A DNA stretch of 64,000 nt from a virus. Shown one piece after another: positions 10,970 to 21,400 of the stretch. The notes beneath the pieces are model-generated. The model ran no database searches. It worked only from the letters and a program-made list of their open reading frames with translations, and was not told the origin of the DNA. The translations under genes were made by a program, and so were the position numbers. Numbering within the stretch: position 1 is the first letter of the stretch; each line of letters starts with the position of its first letter. Where the stretch lies: IMG/VR virus record IMGVR_UViG_3300008110_000009. One strand, written 5' to 3'.

Positions 10970-10998
10970 AAAAAAACCCAGATTACAAAATCTGGGCT
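10970..10998 (-). terminator. Intrinsic terminator ending the late baseplate operon
   Basis: CCCAGATT-TTGT-AATCTGGG followed by a T run on the minus strand. Confidence 0.8.
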
Positions 10999-11026
10999 AA
11001 AAATATTTTAAAAAATATATAAAAAA

Positions 11027-11407
11027 TTATTCTAGGGTAAGTAAATATGCTAATTTGTTCAACGAACCCAACATTTCGTCTCTAAGGTTTAAAAGATCGG
11101 TATCTCTTTCTTGTGATAATTCACCACTAAAACCTATAAGTCTATTTTTTGCGGTTTGTAAAAATTCCACAATATTAAGTTCGGATAGGTTATTCATTTG
11201 GATGGTATTTGTAGAATTATCTAAAGCAAATCTACCATGTTTACCCATACAAATTTCAACATATTCGTCAATAAGACCGTCTAAAGTCTCATAAATTTCA
11301 CCAAAAGCTTTATGTCTAGCATAACCTTTAGTTTGCCAGTGTAATATTTTAAACTGATTCTGTAGTCCTAAAAAGAAATTTACATTAGAACTTAGGTTGT
11401 TGTTCAT
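11027..11407 (-). CDS. Ferritin/Dps-like four-helix protein (DUF5856-like)
   Basis: HWQTKGYARHKAFGEIYETLDGLIDEYVE resembles the Dps HW..G..H..E.Y..D..E signature. Confidence 0.75.
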   Translation of the reverse strand: MNNNLSSNVNFFLGLQNQFKILHWQTKGYARHKAFGEIYETLDGLIDEYVEICMGKHGRFALDNSTNTIQMNNLSELNIVEFLQTAKNRLIGFSGELSQERDTDLLNLRDEMLGSLNKLAYLLTLE

Positions 11408-12026
11408 CTTGGTAAGGGTTAAAGCTTCCAGCTAGCTCTTCTTTTGAATAGTTCTCAATTTCGTTTTTTGTTAAAACATATTCGTTTTTACCGCTAGCTC
11501 TCATTTCGTCTTGTTTATGAGCAAAAAACTCTTGTGGTTTTTCGTTAAATGGATATGAATCCAGTGAACGCATCTCTAGCTTCTCTTGTGGGGTTTGTGG
11601 TTTCATTTCTTCAACTCTAGCACCCAGTTGATCAATTTTAGATATTATAGCGTCCATATTACTTAACTTAGACTCTAAATCGTCTAGTTTACTGAATACT
11701 GTATCCATTTTCTGGATAACACTATCATTTTCCATTTTTGAGGTTTCCAGTTCGTTTTTAATGTTTTTGGTCATATTAACCAAGTCGGTAACATCCACCT
11801 CTTCTGTTTCACCCATAGCTGGGCTATCAGGTAATCCTGGTGCTGCTGGAATTCCCGCATCTGGTGCTGGCATTTCTGGCGCAGCTGATGCGTCTGGCGC
11901 AGCTGGGGCGCCTGCTGGAGGTAAAGCGGCAGGCTCAGCCTGTTCTTTTATAATATAATGCTTAGTTGCATTTCTATTGATTTCTCTAAATCTATTAACC
12001 TCTTGTAAAAGCTTTTGTTCTAACAT
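11385..12026 (-). CDS. Hypothetical protein, Pro/Ala linker plus coiled coil (possible head-associated protein)
   Basis: 213 aa; N-terminal LLQEVNRFREI and IIKE motifs. Confidence 0.65.
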   Translation of the reverse strand: MLEQKLLQEVNRFREINRNATKHYIIKEQAEPAALPPAGAPAAPDASAAPEMPAPDAGIPAAPGLPDSPAMGETEEVDVTDLVNMTKNIKNELETSKMENDSVIQKMDTVFSKLDDLESKLSNMDAIISKIDQLGARVEEMKPQTPQEKLEMRSLDSYPFNEKPQEFFAHKQDEMRASGKNEYVLTKNEIENYSKEELAGSFNPYQDEQQPKF

Positions 12027-12030
12027 AGTT

Positions 12031-12228
12031 TTAGTCTTGTAATAATTGTCTACCGTCTTCGGTAATGTATTTTTTATTTATTCTTTCAACAATACCATCT
12101 TTAGATCTGATGACATAACATTCACCAGTCTGCAAATCGCATTCTTCTCTTTCCATTTGGTCATTAGAAACAGCTTTTGTAACCTTTGGGTTTAAAAACT
12201 GATTGACCGCGTTATTTAACTTTTCCAT
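12031..12228 (-). CDS. Small hypothetical protein
   Basis: 65 aa, CDLQTGEC; TATTTAT upstream at 12248-12254. Confidence 0.7.
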   Translation of the reverse strand: MEKLNNAVNQFLNPKVTKAVSNDQMEREECDLQTGECYVIRSKDGIVERINKKYITEDGRQLLQD

Positions 12229-12280
12229 AGTGTTAAAATGTATACATATAAATACTACAATCTTTATGTTTTTTCTGGTT

Positions 12281-15200
12281 TTATTTCCTTACGTACCTTA
12301 AATATAAAACATCCCCCTCAACTAACCTTAGTTTTCTCATTAAACTAGGACTAATAGCAAAGCCATATTGTGCATAAGTGGGATCATCTATACTAGGCCC
12401 ACTATGAACTGGGCCATCAAATTTACCGTCATTAGGATTGACGTTGGTCTCAAGTGTGTATGTTGCGTTTGATTTAGGTACATAAAAAATAGTATCCCAA
12501 CCAAAAAGGGTTTCTTTATTTGTGTTTGTTACATTCGCTCTTATAGAATAATATTCATATAACGGTCCAATGTCTGATAATTTAACAAGTTTATTAGGAT
12601 ATGCTTTCCATCCACTAACCATGGATAATTCTGCTGGTGACCCATTTTTAATTGGTATGTATTTTCCTGAGCCTAGAACACATACTCTAGATCTAAGCCA
12701 ATTCTCGTTGTTGTAGTTAATTGATTGAATATATTGTTCTGGTTTACCATTTATCTGTTGACCATTATATGGAAGTAGATCGCCAAATAAAAATCCGGAT
12801 GTTTTATTAATATTATTTAAATCTTCTCCTCTTGCTGGAGCTCCAGGATCAATTGTAAAAGTTTTATTATCTGTCGTTGTAATTGATTTAGCTGTTGTTT
12901 GAGCTTGATCCGATTGTTGTTTTTTCTTAACTGCAGCTGAAAGTATTCTACTAAATAGCGGCCTATAACTAGACATAAATGTACTTTCTAATGATGGTAA
13001 CGAACTATTAGAAATTCTAACACCAGTAAATGTTGTTTCAAATGTTCCTTGCTTAATTGCGTGATTAACGTCAAAAACAAGATATGTTCCAGCAAACATA
13101 GGAACATTAGCCAAATAAAAATACATGGTTGGCTGTATCATTGCATTACCCATACAAGTAACACTACATTGATACGAAGCTGTTTTATAAATGTCAAATA
13201 AACCTATATCAACAGCATGGCTACCGCCGCCACCTTGTGATCTTGCTAATCTTTCTTGTGCTAAAGCACTTTCTGTTGTATTCTTATATGTGCTTTGATC
13301 AAGAGAAATGTTTTTAAATATATTTTGTGCTTGATCACCAAAGTTTATTTCAAATGAAACTACTCTGTTTGATTTCGATAAATCAGCATCCATGAATATT
13401 TTTGGTTCAATCAATAACGGATTGTTGTTTGGATTTTTGATATCAAAACCATCGTTTTTAAATTTATACTCTTTACTAACTTTAGACATATCTAGATATT
13501 GAGATGTCTTGTTAATGTACTGAAGTATAATTTTAGGTGACGATTCTTGATAATCTACATCTAGGTGTGTGCCAAATAATGTACGCGCAATACTTTTAGA
13601 AGGTAGTATTTTTTTCTTATTAGTAGAATTAGTGCCATAGAAATTTACATAAGCCGGTAGCGGTCTCAAATCAAAGTTTGTTCCTTGAATCAATAATGAA
13701 ACTGCGCTATATAAATCTATTTTAATATTTTTTTCATCCGCTAATGAAATTAAACGTTCAAGACTTATGTATGCCTCATCTCCAATGTCTCTATTAGATC
13801 TATCTAAAAATAAAAATTCATCCATTAGACTTCTTTGGCCAATTGCGTTTCCAGAAATCCATTTATCATTAAAAGATTTAAAATATTGATATAAATCTAA
13901 TAATGTTGATTTTGCCTCATTAAATCCATGATAAATGGTGACCTTTCCTTCTAATGTTTCTTCTTTTAAAACTGAAAATTTTCTAGTAAGGTTATTTAAA
14001 AAGTCATTTAATCTATTTACCTGAGGACGGAATATATTAGCCTCTATATAAGTTTTAAAGTTAGTATAATTTGGTGAAAATCCAGGAGTATTAACAATTT
14101 GATCTTTGACCCATCCGGCATAAATTCTTGCTAATTCTCTATGTGCATATATATTTTCAGAGTTAACCTGAATATCGCTTATTTGAAAAAAGTGATGATA
14201 AAGGTTACTACTAATTCCGCTATATGTTGCACCAGTAATATTTTGACCAATGTATAATTCAATTAGTTTTTGATTTTGTGCTGTTAATTGAGAAACATTA
14301 TATTCATTTACACCATAAGTTTTTGATCTTCCGATATATCCACGAATAACATAATCATCAATTTGTCTAGGGTTACCAATTGTTAAAATATCTAAAGCTT
14401 TATTGTTTAAAAGTTGATTAGTTAAATCTTCTAGCTTTTTTGTTTGATTTTCCTTTATTTTTGTTTGGTATCCACTAGAATTAAAATCAATACCGTCTTT
14501 AGATATACTAGTAATTTCTTTCAAAAGACTTTGAAAAGAACTATAATCAATTCCCTCTTTTACTGTATCTAGATCGAGATCTAATGACGCAAAATTAATA
14601 AACATTTTTTCAAACTCATCTAATATGTCTGGGCTAAAAACGGCAATTAAATCCATCACGCGTTTTTTATTACCATTTAAAGTATATTCTCCAGAAATAT
14701 TTTCAAATCTTTCTCCATATGTTGGAAAGTACACTGTACTATATGATGGGTTGTTATTTAAATTATTTGAATCATAAATAAGTCTGAATGAATCTTGTGT
14801 TAGTGTATTGAAATTATTAATCAAGTCGGTTATTTGACCCCCGTTAAATGAAGGTAAAACAGTATAACGAGTATCCTTAGGTGAAAATATTGAATTATCA
14901 ACCAAACACGTAAAAGTATATCCGGATGTTGATGTTGGTTTGGATATAACAAACTTGGTCATTCCTGATGCTACTGCAGCAGAATATTGGTTTGCGGCAT
15001 TAGCAGCATTTGCACTTGTTTTTGTAAATCCAGATGGGTTATAAAAACTATACCCATTAACAATTTGTGAATAGATACCATGGTAGAATGGATACAACCC
15101 CACATAACTATTACTATTATATGTTGCGCCGGTTATTGTACTAGTCATTCCAGTTTGATCTGGTGTTGTATTTCCAGTTAAACTAAATGAAGCATTAGTT

Positions 15201-18103
15201 GCGTTATCAAAAAATGTAGCTCCGCTAATAGGAATTGTAATTCCGCTTATAATATCAATACCGTCAGTAAGATATTTTTTATATCTGTGATATTGTGCCC
15301 CCCATTTTAAAATTAAATGATGTGGTATATAATGTGTCGCACCAACTTCTTTAAATAACGAAAACATAAATGTCTTTTTACCATCAAAGTCTAAAACGTC
15401 GTCTAAATCTTTATATGGTAAAGAATTTAATAAAATATATGCCGATCCAACATATCTACCCTCAACCCCGCCTTTCATAAAATCATCATATAGTTGCTTG
15501 TGAAAATATGGCGTGTTTAATAGATTTCTTGTAAAATTATCATACTTTATTTGACTCGAAAACATATTTTTATGGTAACTTGAATTAACCCAAGCTTTCG
15601 GATTAATTGGTGAGCTAATAAAATTAGAATTTTCATTAACCTTAAAAATACCTTTATAACCAATAGATGAGCCGGAACCGAAAGTGTTACTCAATAAATT
15701 AGTTGAAACATATGAACTGTATAGATCAGAATTAAAAGGAAACTCTTTTGTTCTATATTCTGGAATAACAAATGAATCTAAAGCAGATTGTAATTTCTCA
15801 AATTCATTACTTTTGGTACCATTATTTTGAACAGAATTAGTATAATGTTCAATTTTAAAATCATCATCAAGTAACCCTCTAATATATTCTACTGTTGTTA
15901 GACCATCTTGAAAATATGGGTATCTCTCTTTTTCTGCGTATTTTTGAAGTGAATCTGTTAAATCTGTTATACTTTTAATTCTTGTACTAAGTAATGCTCT
16001 TATATCAACATCACTTTGTGTTGCTCCACTAATATTTTTAAATTCATTTTCAACAATTTCGTCTAAACCTTTTCCATAATCAAAACTCTCTAACGATGTA
16101 ATTAACTGTGCTCTCTCATAAATCTCGTAAAGAATATTTGATAAAGATTTGTTTATATATGGTGCGGGGTCTGCAATTTTTAATAATGAACTTACATTAA
16201 AAGTTTCTCTTGTTTCTTTATCATCATCAAAAACAAACGTAATTTCTCCGGGACTAACTTCTTTACCAGTTCCAGTATCCACTCTTTTAACAGCTACGCT
16301 ATTATATGTTTCAACAAACTCAACCTCTGGCCAAATATTATAGTTATTACCTTTTGTTAATCCTATTATTTCTGGATCTGCGGGATAAAAGAATGTTGGT
16401 TTATCATCTCTACCATTCTTTTTAACTTCTGGCCAAGGATAAATTATTTCTCTTTGATCATCTGCGGTTTTAGCGGCATACGCTATTTCTTTTTTTCTTA
16501 AATCAGATTTTTGAATTGACTTGTTGTGTACGTCTTTCATTAGTCTAATGTACGTATCTGCATTTGCTAAAATAACAGCAAAAATATTTCTAATTGTAGG
16601 TTTAAAACCAAAACCAACCTCTTTGTTTTGTATCACCACATTCATTTTATTTTCAACTTCATTTTCTACCGCGTCTCTTTGCTTTATGAATGTGGCTTGT
16701 ATTGATTTTATATAATTTATTAATTTTTCATTTGATACAACTATTTGGCTATCTTTTATTTCATAAAAGTTTTTAATATTTTTTACTGTATCTAACGATA
16801 CTGTCTGTGTTTCTATACCGTTTTTTAGTTTGGCCTTTGGTTTAGCACCAAATGCTTTATTTTTTTCAAGATCATCTACATAATACTTTATAATAGATGC
16901 TAATGAGTTACTTGTTGTTGCTCCTGTAACTATTTCAAAATTAAGCGGGCCACTTGTAACTTTACTGCTATCGTTTGTTGGCTTATTTAATCTATAATAA
17001 TTTACAGTTGTATCAGTGGTTGATCCGGGAAATCTAACGGTCTCAGAATATGGTGGATTATCTGCTGAAAGGTATCTACTACCCCAAGAGATAATAGCCT
17101 TTTCAAATTTATCGAGAGTCTTATCATATTGTGCCACATCACTTAAAACATCTGGTTCAATTGTTTCAGAAAAAAGTGCTTTTTCTATAATTGTATCCAA
17201 AGCGGTTGCAGTCATTAATAAATCTCTAAGAGTTTTAACTGGAAAATTTTTATCTATATAACCCTTTGCTTTATATTCGTTATAAACAGATTTTAATATT
17301 GCGTATCCTTTTGTTGTTTTAGAAATAGTTTTTTCAATAAACCCTGTTTTTTCATTCACCTTAAGTGGTTCTGGTTTTTCAACCATATACATGAATGGCG
17401 CATTAATAATGTTTTGTAAAAGTATATCGTTTAAAAATGCGTAGCTTGAGCCAACAAATTTTGTTGCAATTTCAAAATTACCGGTACTGCCATTGAATTT
17501 AGATTTAAAATCAACTAACTGAAGTCTGTATCTTATCGCTTTACCATAAAATCCTTTAATTGTTAAATAAAATATTGGCCATGGTTGATGAAAAAAAGCT
17601 TTATATGGTGAATTGTCCGGGGCGTCAAATAAAGTTTTACCTCTAACATCAATAAAATTTATACCAACTTGAGGGATGTTGTTTGCCCCTTTAACTGTAA
17701 CATTTATTGAATCAATACCGAATGTTTGTGCAGTTGGGTCGTAATGTACACCTTCTCCGGTTGTTCTACTAGACGCTATATTATTATTTGAAACAAATGT
17801 TTCTGTCCAATTTGTATCAAAATTGTTTTCAAACTCATTTTTTGGGTCTGAGTTTCTAAGTAAATTAAATTTTCCTTGTGCAACAGATGTTAATGTATTT
17901 GTTTGAGATTCAGAATATAAAACACTTCTTGGTACCAGATCGGCCTCAAGGTTAACATACATTACTAAATTTTCGTGATCAACAAATCTTGGTTGCAAAT
18001 CGCCAGATGAGGAAACAACGGTATTAGGATCAATGTGTACTATGTTTTGTTGATCTACTAATACTAATATGTTTTCATTCTGATTTAATTGATTATTCGC
18101 CAT
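12281..18103 (-). CDS. Very large baseplate hub protein (gp27/gpD-like fold split by large insertions)
   Basis: N-terminal FGIDSINV..PQV.INFIDVRG; C-terminal YQCSVTCMGNAMIQP.MYF....FAGTYLV.DVNH.I....FETTFTG; follows the LysM/gp53 gene. Confidence 0.7.
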   Translation of the reverse strand: MANNQLNQNENILVLVDQQNIVHIDPNTVVSSSGDLQPRFVDHENLVMYVNLEADLVPRSVLYSESQTNTLTSVAQGKFNLLRNSDPKNEFENNFDTNWTETFVSNNNIASSRTTGEGVHYDPTAQTFGIDSINVTVKGANNIPQVGINFIDVRGKTLFDAPDNSPYKAFFHQPWPIFYLTIKGFYGKAIRYRLQLVDFKSKFNGSTGNFEIATKFVGSSYAFLNDILLQNIINAPFMYMVEKPEPLKVNEKTGFIEKTISKTTKGYAILKSVYNEYKAKGYIDKNFPVKTLRDLLMTATALDTIIEKALFSETIEPDVLSDVAQYDKTLDKFEKAIISWGSRYLSADNPPYSETVRFPGSTTDTTVNYYRLNKPTNDSSKVTSGPLNFEIVTGATTSNSLASIIKYYVDDLEKNKAFGAKPKAKLKNGIETQTVSLDTVKNIKNFYEIKDSQIVVSNEKLINYIKSIQATFIKQRDAVENEVENKMNVVIQNKEVGFGFKPTIRNIFAVILANADTYIRLMKDVHNKSIQKSDLRKKEIAYAAKTADDQREIIYPWPEVKKNGRDDKPTFFYPADPEIIGLTKGNNYNIWPEVEFVETYNSVAVKRVDTGTGKEVSPGEITFVFDDDKETRETFNVSSLLKIADPAPYINKSLSNILYEIYERAQLITSLESFDYGKGLDEIVENEFKNISGATQSDVDIRALLSTRIKSITDLTDSLQKYAEKERYPYFQDGLTTVEYIRGLLDDDFKIEHYTNSVQNNGTKSNEFEKLQSALDSFVIPEYRTKEFPFNSDLYSSYVSTNLLSNTFGSGSSIGYKGIFKVNENSNFISSPINPKAWVNSSYHKNMFSSQIKYDNFTRNLLNTPYFHKQLYDDFMKGGVEGRYVGSAYILLNSLPYKDLDDVLDFDGKKTFMFSLFKEVGATHYIPHHLILKWGAQYHRYKKYLTDGIDIISGITIPISGATFFDNATNASFSLTGNTTPDQTGMTSTITGATYNSNSYVGLYPFYHGIYSQIVNGYSFYNPSGFTKTSANAANAANQYSAAVASGMTKFVISKPTSTSGYTFTCLVDNSIFSPKDTRYTVLPSFNGGQITDLINNFNTLTQDSFRLIYDSNNLNNNPSYSTVYFPTYGERFENISGEYTLNGNKKRVMDLIAVFSPDILDEFEKMFINFASLDLDLDTVKEGIDYSSFQSLLKEITSISKDGIDFNSSGYQTKIKENQTKKLEDLTNQLLNNKALDILTIGNPRQIDDYVIRGYIGRSKTYGVNEYNVSQLTAQNQKLIELYIGQNITGATYSGISSNLYHHFFQISDIQVNSENIYAHRELARIYAGWVKDQIVNTPGFSPNYTNFKTYIEANIFRPQVNRLNDFLNNLTRKFSVLKEETLEGKVTIYHGFNEAKSTLLDLYQYFKSFNDKWISGNAIGQRSLMDEFLFLDRSNRDIGDEAYISLERLISLADEKNIKIDLYSAVSLLIQGTNFDLRPLPAYVNFYGTNSTNKKKILPSKSIARTLFGTHLDVDYQESSPKIILQYINKTSQYLDMSKVSKEYKFKNDGFDIKNPNNNPLLIEPKIFMDADLSKSNRVVSFEINFGDQAQNIFKNISLDQSTYKNTTESALAQERLARSQGGGGSHAVDIGLFDIYKTASYQCSVTCMGNAMIQPTMYFYLANVPMFAGTYLVFDVNHAIKQGTFETTFTGVRISNSSLPSLESTFMSSYRPLFSRILSAAVKKKQQSDQAQTTAKSITTTDNKTFTIDPGAPARGEDLNNINKTSGFLFGDLLPYNGQQINGKPEQYIQSINYNNENWLRSRVCVLGSGKYIPIKNGSPAELSMVSGWKAYPNKLVKLSDIGPLYEYYSIRANVTNTNKETLFGWDTIFYVPKSNATYTLETNVNPNDGKFDGPVHSGPSIDDPTYAQYGFAISPSLMRKLRLVEGDVLYLRYVRK

Positions 18104-18413
18104 AATATAGTCTATACAATTCTACGCCCTTTTTATAATCTTGTAAAGAATTAATCAAAGGAAAAGGAATCCTAATAATTGCGTTATCTGGTATCTCAAA
18201 CTCTACGGAACCTAATTTGGGATTAGCCATTAAAATTAACCAACTAAACAATGGGGTTCCATAATATTCTTGTGATATTTTATCTAAACGGTCTTTACCC
18301 TTTTTATAGTTAAAAAACTTATCAGTAGACTTTTGGGGTATTTCAATACCTGGAACAATTTTATGTTCCCCGTCTTCTAAAAAGTAATCATATCTATTGA
18401 AATACTGATTCAT
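18093..18413 (-). CDS. LysM-like baseplate wedge protein (gp53/gpX-like)
   Basis: DRLDKISQEYYGTP..WLILMANP...IRIP. Confidence 0.85.
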   Translation of the reverse strand: MNQYFNRYDYFLEDGEHKIVPGIEIPQKSTDKFFNYKKGKDRLDKISQEYYGTPLFSWLILMANPKLGSVEFEIPDNAIIRIPFPLINSLQDYKKGVELYRLYYGE

Positions 18414-21400
18414 TATTTACTAGGTTTTAAAAAATTTAATTTGGTTGCTCCTGCAGCACCTTTTATTGCGTGTACTTTTTCAAGTATTTCAATTTCTTGG
18501 CCACTTAATGTTCCAGTATAGCTGAAATCAAATGGTTTTATTTCTTTTTTAAGCTTAGCCTCTTTGTATTTAAATTTCTTAATATCCGAATCAGATTTAT
18601 TGTTCTTAATAAATTTCTCAACTCTCTTTTCTATTCTGTTTAATGCATTTTGATCAAAATACTTTGTGTCTTTTGAATCGTCATATAGTTTTCTAATAAC
18701 AGAAACTTTGTCTTTTATTATAAATGCTAATATCTTTTTATAAGCAGTATCATCAAAAGATGGTAAGTTAAAATTAATTGTATTATCTAAATCAGTTGTG
18801 AAGATTGAGTGCTTGTCTTTTATAAGGTTTATCGCTTCATCATATTGTGTATAAAACTTAGTATAATCAAAATTTGCTAATGTTGCAACAGTGGTTTCTT
18901 TTTTATCAAATCTGCCGTCTTTACCATTGGTTTTCATTATAAAATTAACCCTATCAATTAAATCAATAAGTTTGTTTCTATTTTCTTCTAAATCTTTAGT
19001 TGCTTTTTCGTCTCTTATTTTATTTAAAAACTCGGTTATTGTTGTTTTGATATATGCATCAATTATTTCTCTAGATCTATCATACTTTGATGTTCCGGAA
19101 TCAAATCCTAAATCTAAAACAACATTATGATCTGATGAACTAACTTTAGCAAGTAATTCTTTTTCTACTCTTCCATAAAGATTGGCAAAATCAACAAATT
19201 GTTTGTATTCGCCCAATAAATTAACCTGTATTGTTGATGACAATGTATTTTGAACATCAATTTGATTAATTGTTCTATATGTTTGTGATATAAACATAGG
19301 TAAAAATTCTTTACCATATGATTCTGTTAGTTTTGTATATGTGTTTTTGAAAGCACTAAAATAATCATTGGTTGATTTAAATAAATTTTGAATGACTTCT
19401 TTATAGGTCATTTTAGTTCCATTTTGTGATCCAATCCAAGTACCGTCTTTTTTAGTTTTATCTTCAGTTGGTAAACCAGCAACACCTGGTGTTTTAACGC
19501 CTCCGGTTAATTTTTCTAAGAAATCAACATTGAATCTCTGTAGTTTGTCTTGGTCAACAGTAGAATCGGCTCTATAATCATAAACCTCAGTATTTGCATA
19601 AAAGTTTGAACTTAAAGCATTTTGTAACTTGGCTACTGGCTCTTTAATACCTTGACCACCAATAAAGTTAACTTGTAATGTCACATCAGCAACCATTGGT
19701 TGTACACCAATACCTTCTGGGTTTAAATCCCATGTGCTATTTTCATATGTAATGTTCATAGCCGTTATCACAATCTTTGAATGGTAAAAATCACCAATTC
19801 TTAAAACACAAACAGGTGGCGGGCCAAATGTTGTATTTCTAGCATCGACAACGGTTCCATTTATGTCTGTTCCTAATTGTTTAACTGGTATCGTGTCACC
19901 AGGTCTAATACATTGATGTAAGAATGTTAATCTAGCGTTTAGTCCTTCTGGTGTCATTGAATGGAAAGCTGGATGAAAATATCTCAACTTTTCTTTTAGA
20001 CTACCAAATACAACAGGATCTGTTTCTTCTAATTTCTTAAAATAGAAACATTCAGAAAGAGCCTTCATTATAAGTTTCTTTACAACATCTAATGGTGGTT
20101 TTCTTTTTTTAGTTGTTGTAATTTCTGAAATATCTGTTTTGCCTGGGGTTATTGTTGTTTCTCCGGGGATAAATCTAGTTTTCTTTTCTGGTTCTGTTTT
20201 ATTAACTTGTTCATAAGTTATTTTAACACTCGCAGATCTACAATAAAAAGTAATTGGAGCGTATTTTTTTAAACCAGTTTTATTTTTAATTTCTTTACCA
20301 GTGCAATCATATGTTTCTGGTCCACTTGCTGTTGCTTTTTCACCCTTGTTAACAAAGTCAACAACCATTGATCCTTCAATATCCTCACCATATCCTAACT
20401 TTTTAAGATCAATTGTTACCGTTTGATTGGTCTGTGCTGGATTAGCATTTAATTCATCAATTGTTTTATCCCATTTATATTCAGGTATTGTATTTGAATC
20501 TTTTGAAATCGACTTTAATACATATTTTATCAAACTATCAGATCTTCTATGTGAAAGTTTAATATTGTATGAATCATCCGCAACAAATGATGTTGATGAC
20601 TCAATAGTTAGTTTTATTTGTTTTATATTTTTCTTTTCTAATTCTGATTTAAGTGTTGCTGTTGCCCCACTTATTATACCAAAATTTGTTTGTAGTTGTG
20701 TAAAAGCTGTATCAATTAAACCCTTTTTCTCATTTATTAATGTTTGAATTGAAATCGTACCTCCACTTGTTGGATCTTCTGTTCCAAATATTACAAATCT
20801 ATCTGCTTTGTTATCTTTTGTATCAACGGTTAAAATAGTATTAAGACCACTAGCTAATTGATTTTTAAAATTTTCTTTATCTTTAATATAATCACTATAT
20901 ACTGAATCATATGATTGACTTTTAGCATCAATGTATATGTTGCTTTTAGGGCCTGGAATATCATTTGGAAAATAAATTATATTATCAGCTAATACTTGGC
21001 CAAGGGTATTTCTACCATCCGCAGCTGGACTTTCAATAGGTTCTTCTCTTCCTGGTTTTACAGTCACTTCACCAGCAACGCTATTAAATTCAAGTGATGT
21101 TGTTGTGTCTTCTCTTCTAAAATTTTCATCTTTTCTATAATACTCAAGATAAGACATAATCAATTGAAGATCGGATGGATCTAATGTAATATATTTTCTA
21201 ACTAAAGTATAAAAATCAACATCATAACATCCAGCAAAGAATGAATTTAAAAAGTTCTCAGCTTCTTCATCAGAAATTTCTTTAATTAATAAATTAAGAA
21301 TACTCGGGTGGTCAACAACAACTTTAAAAGATATTGTACCTGTTCTTTCTGTATTCTGATATGTGTATATCGGTTCTGGTCTACCTAGAAAATTATTTTT

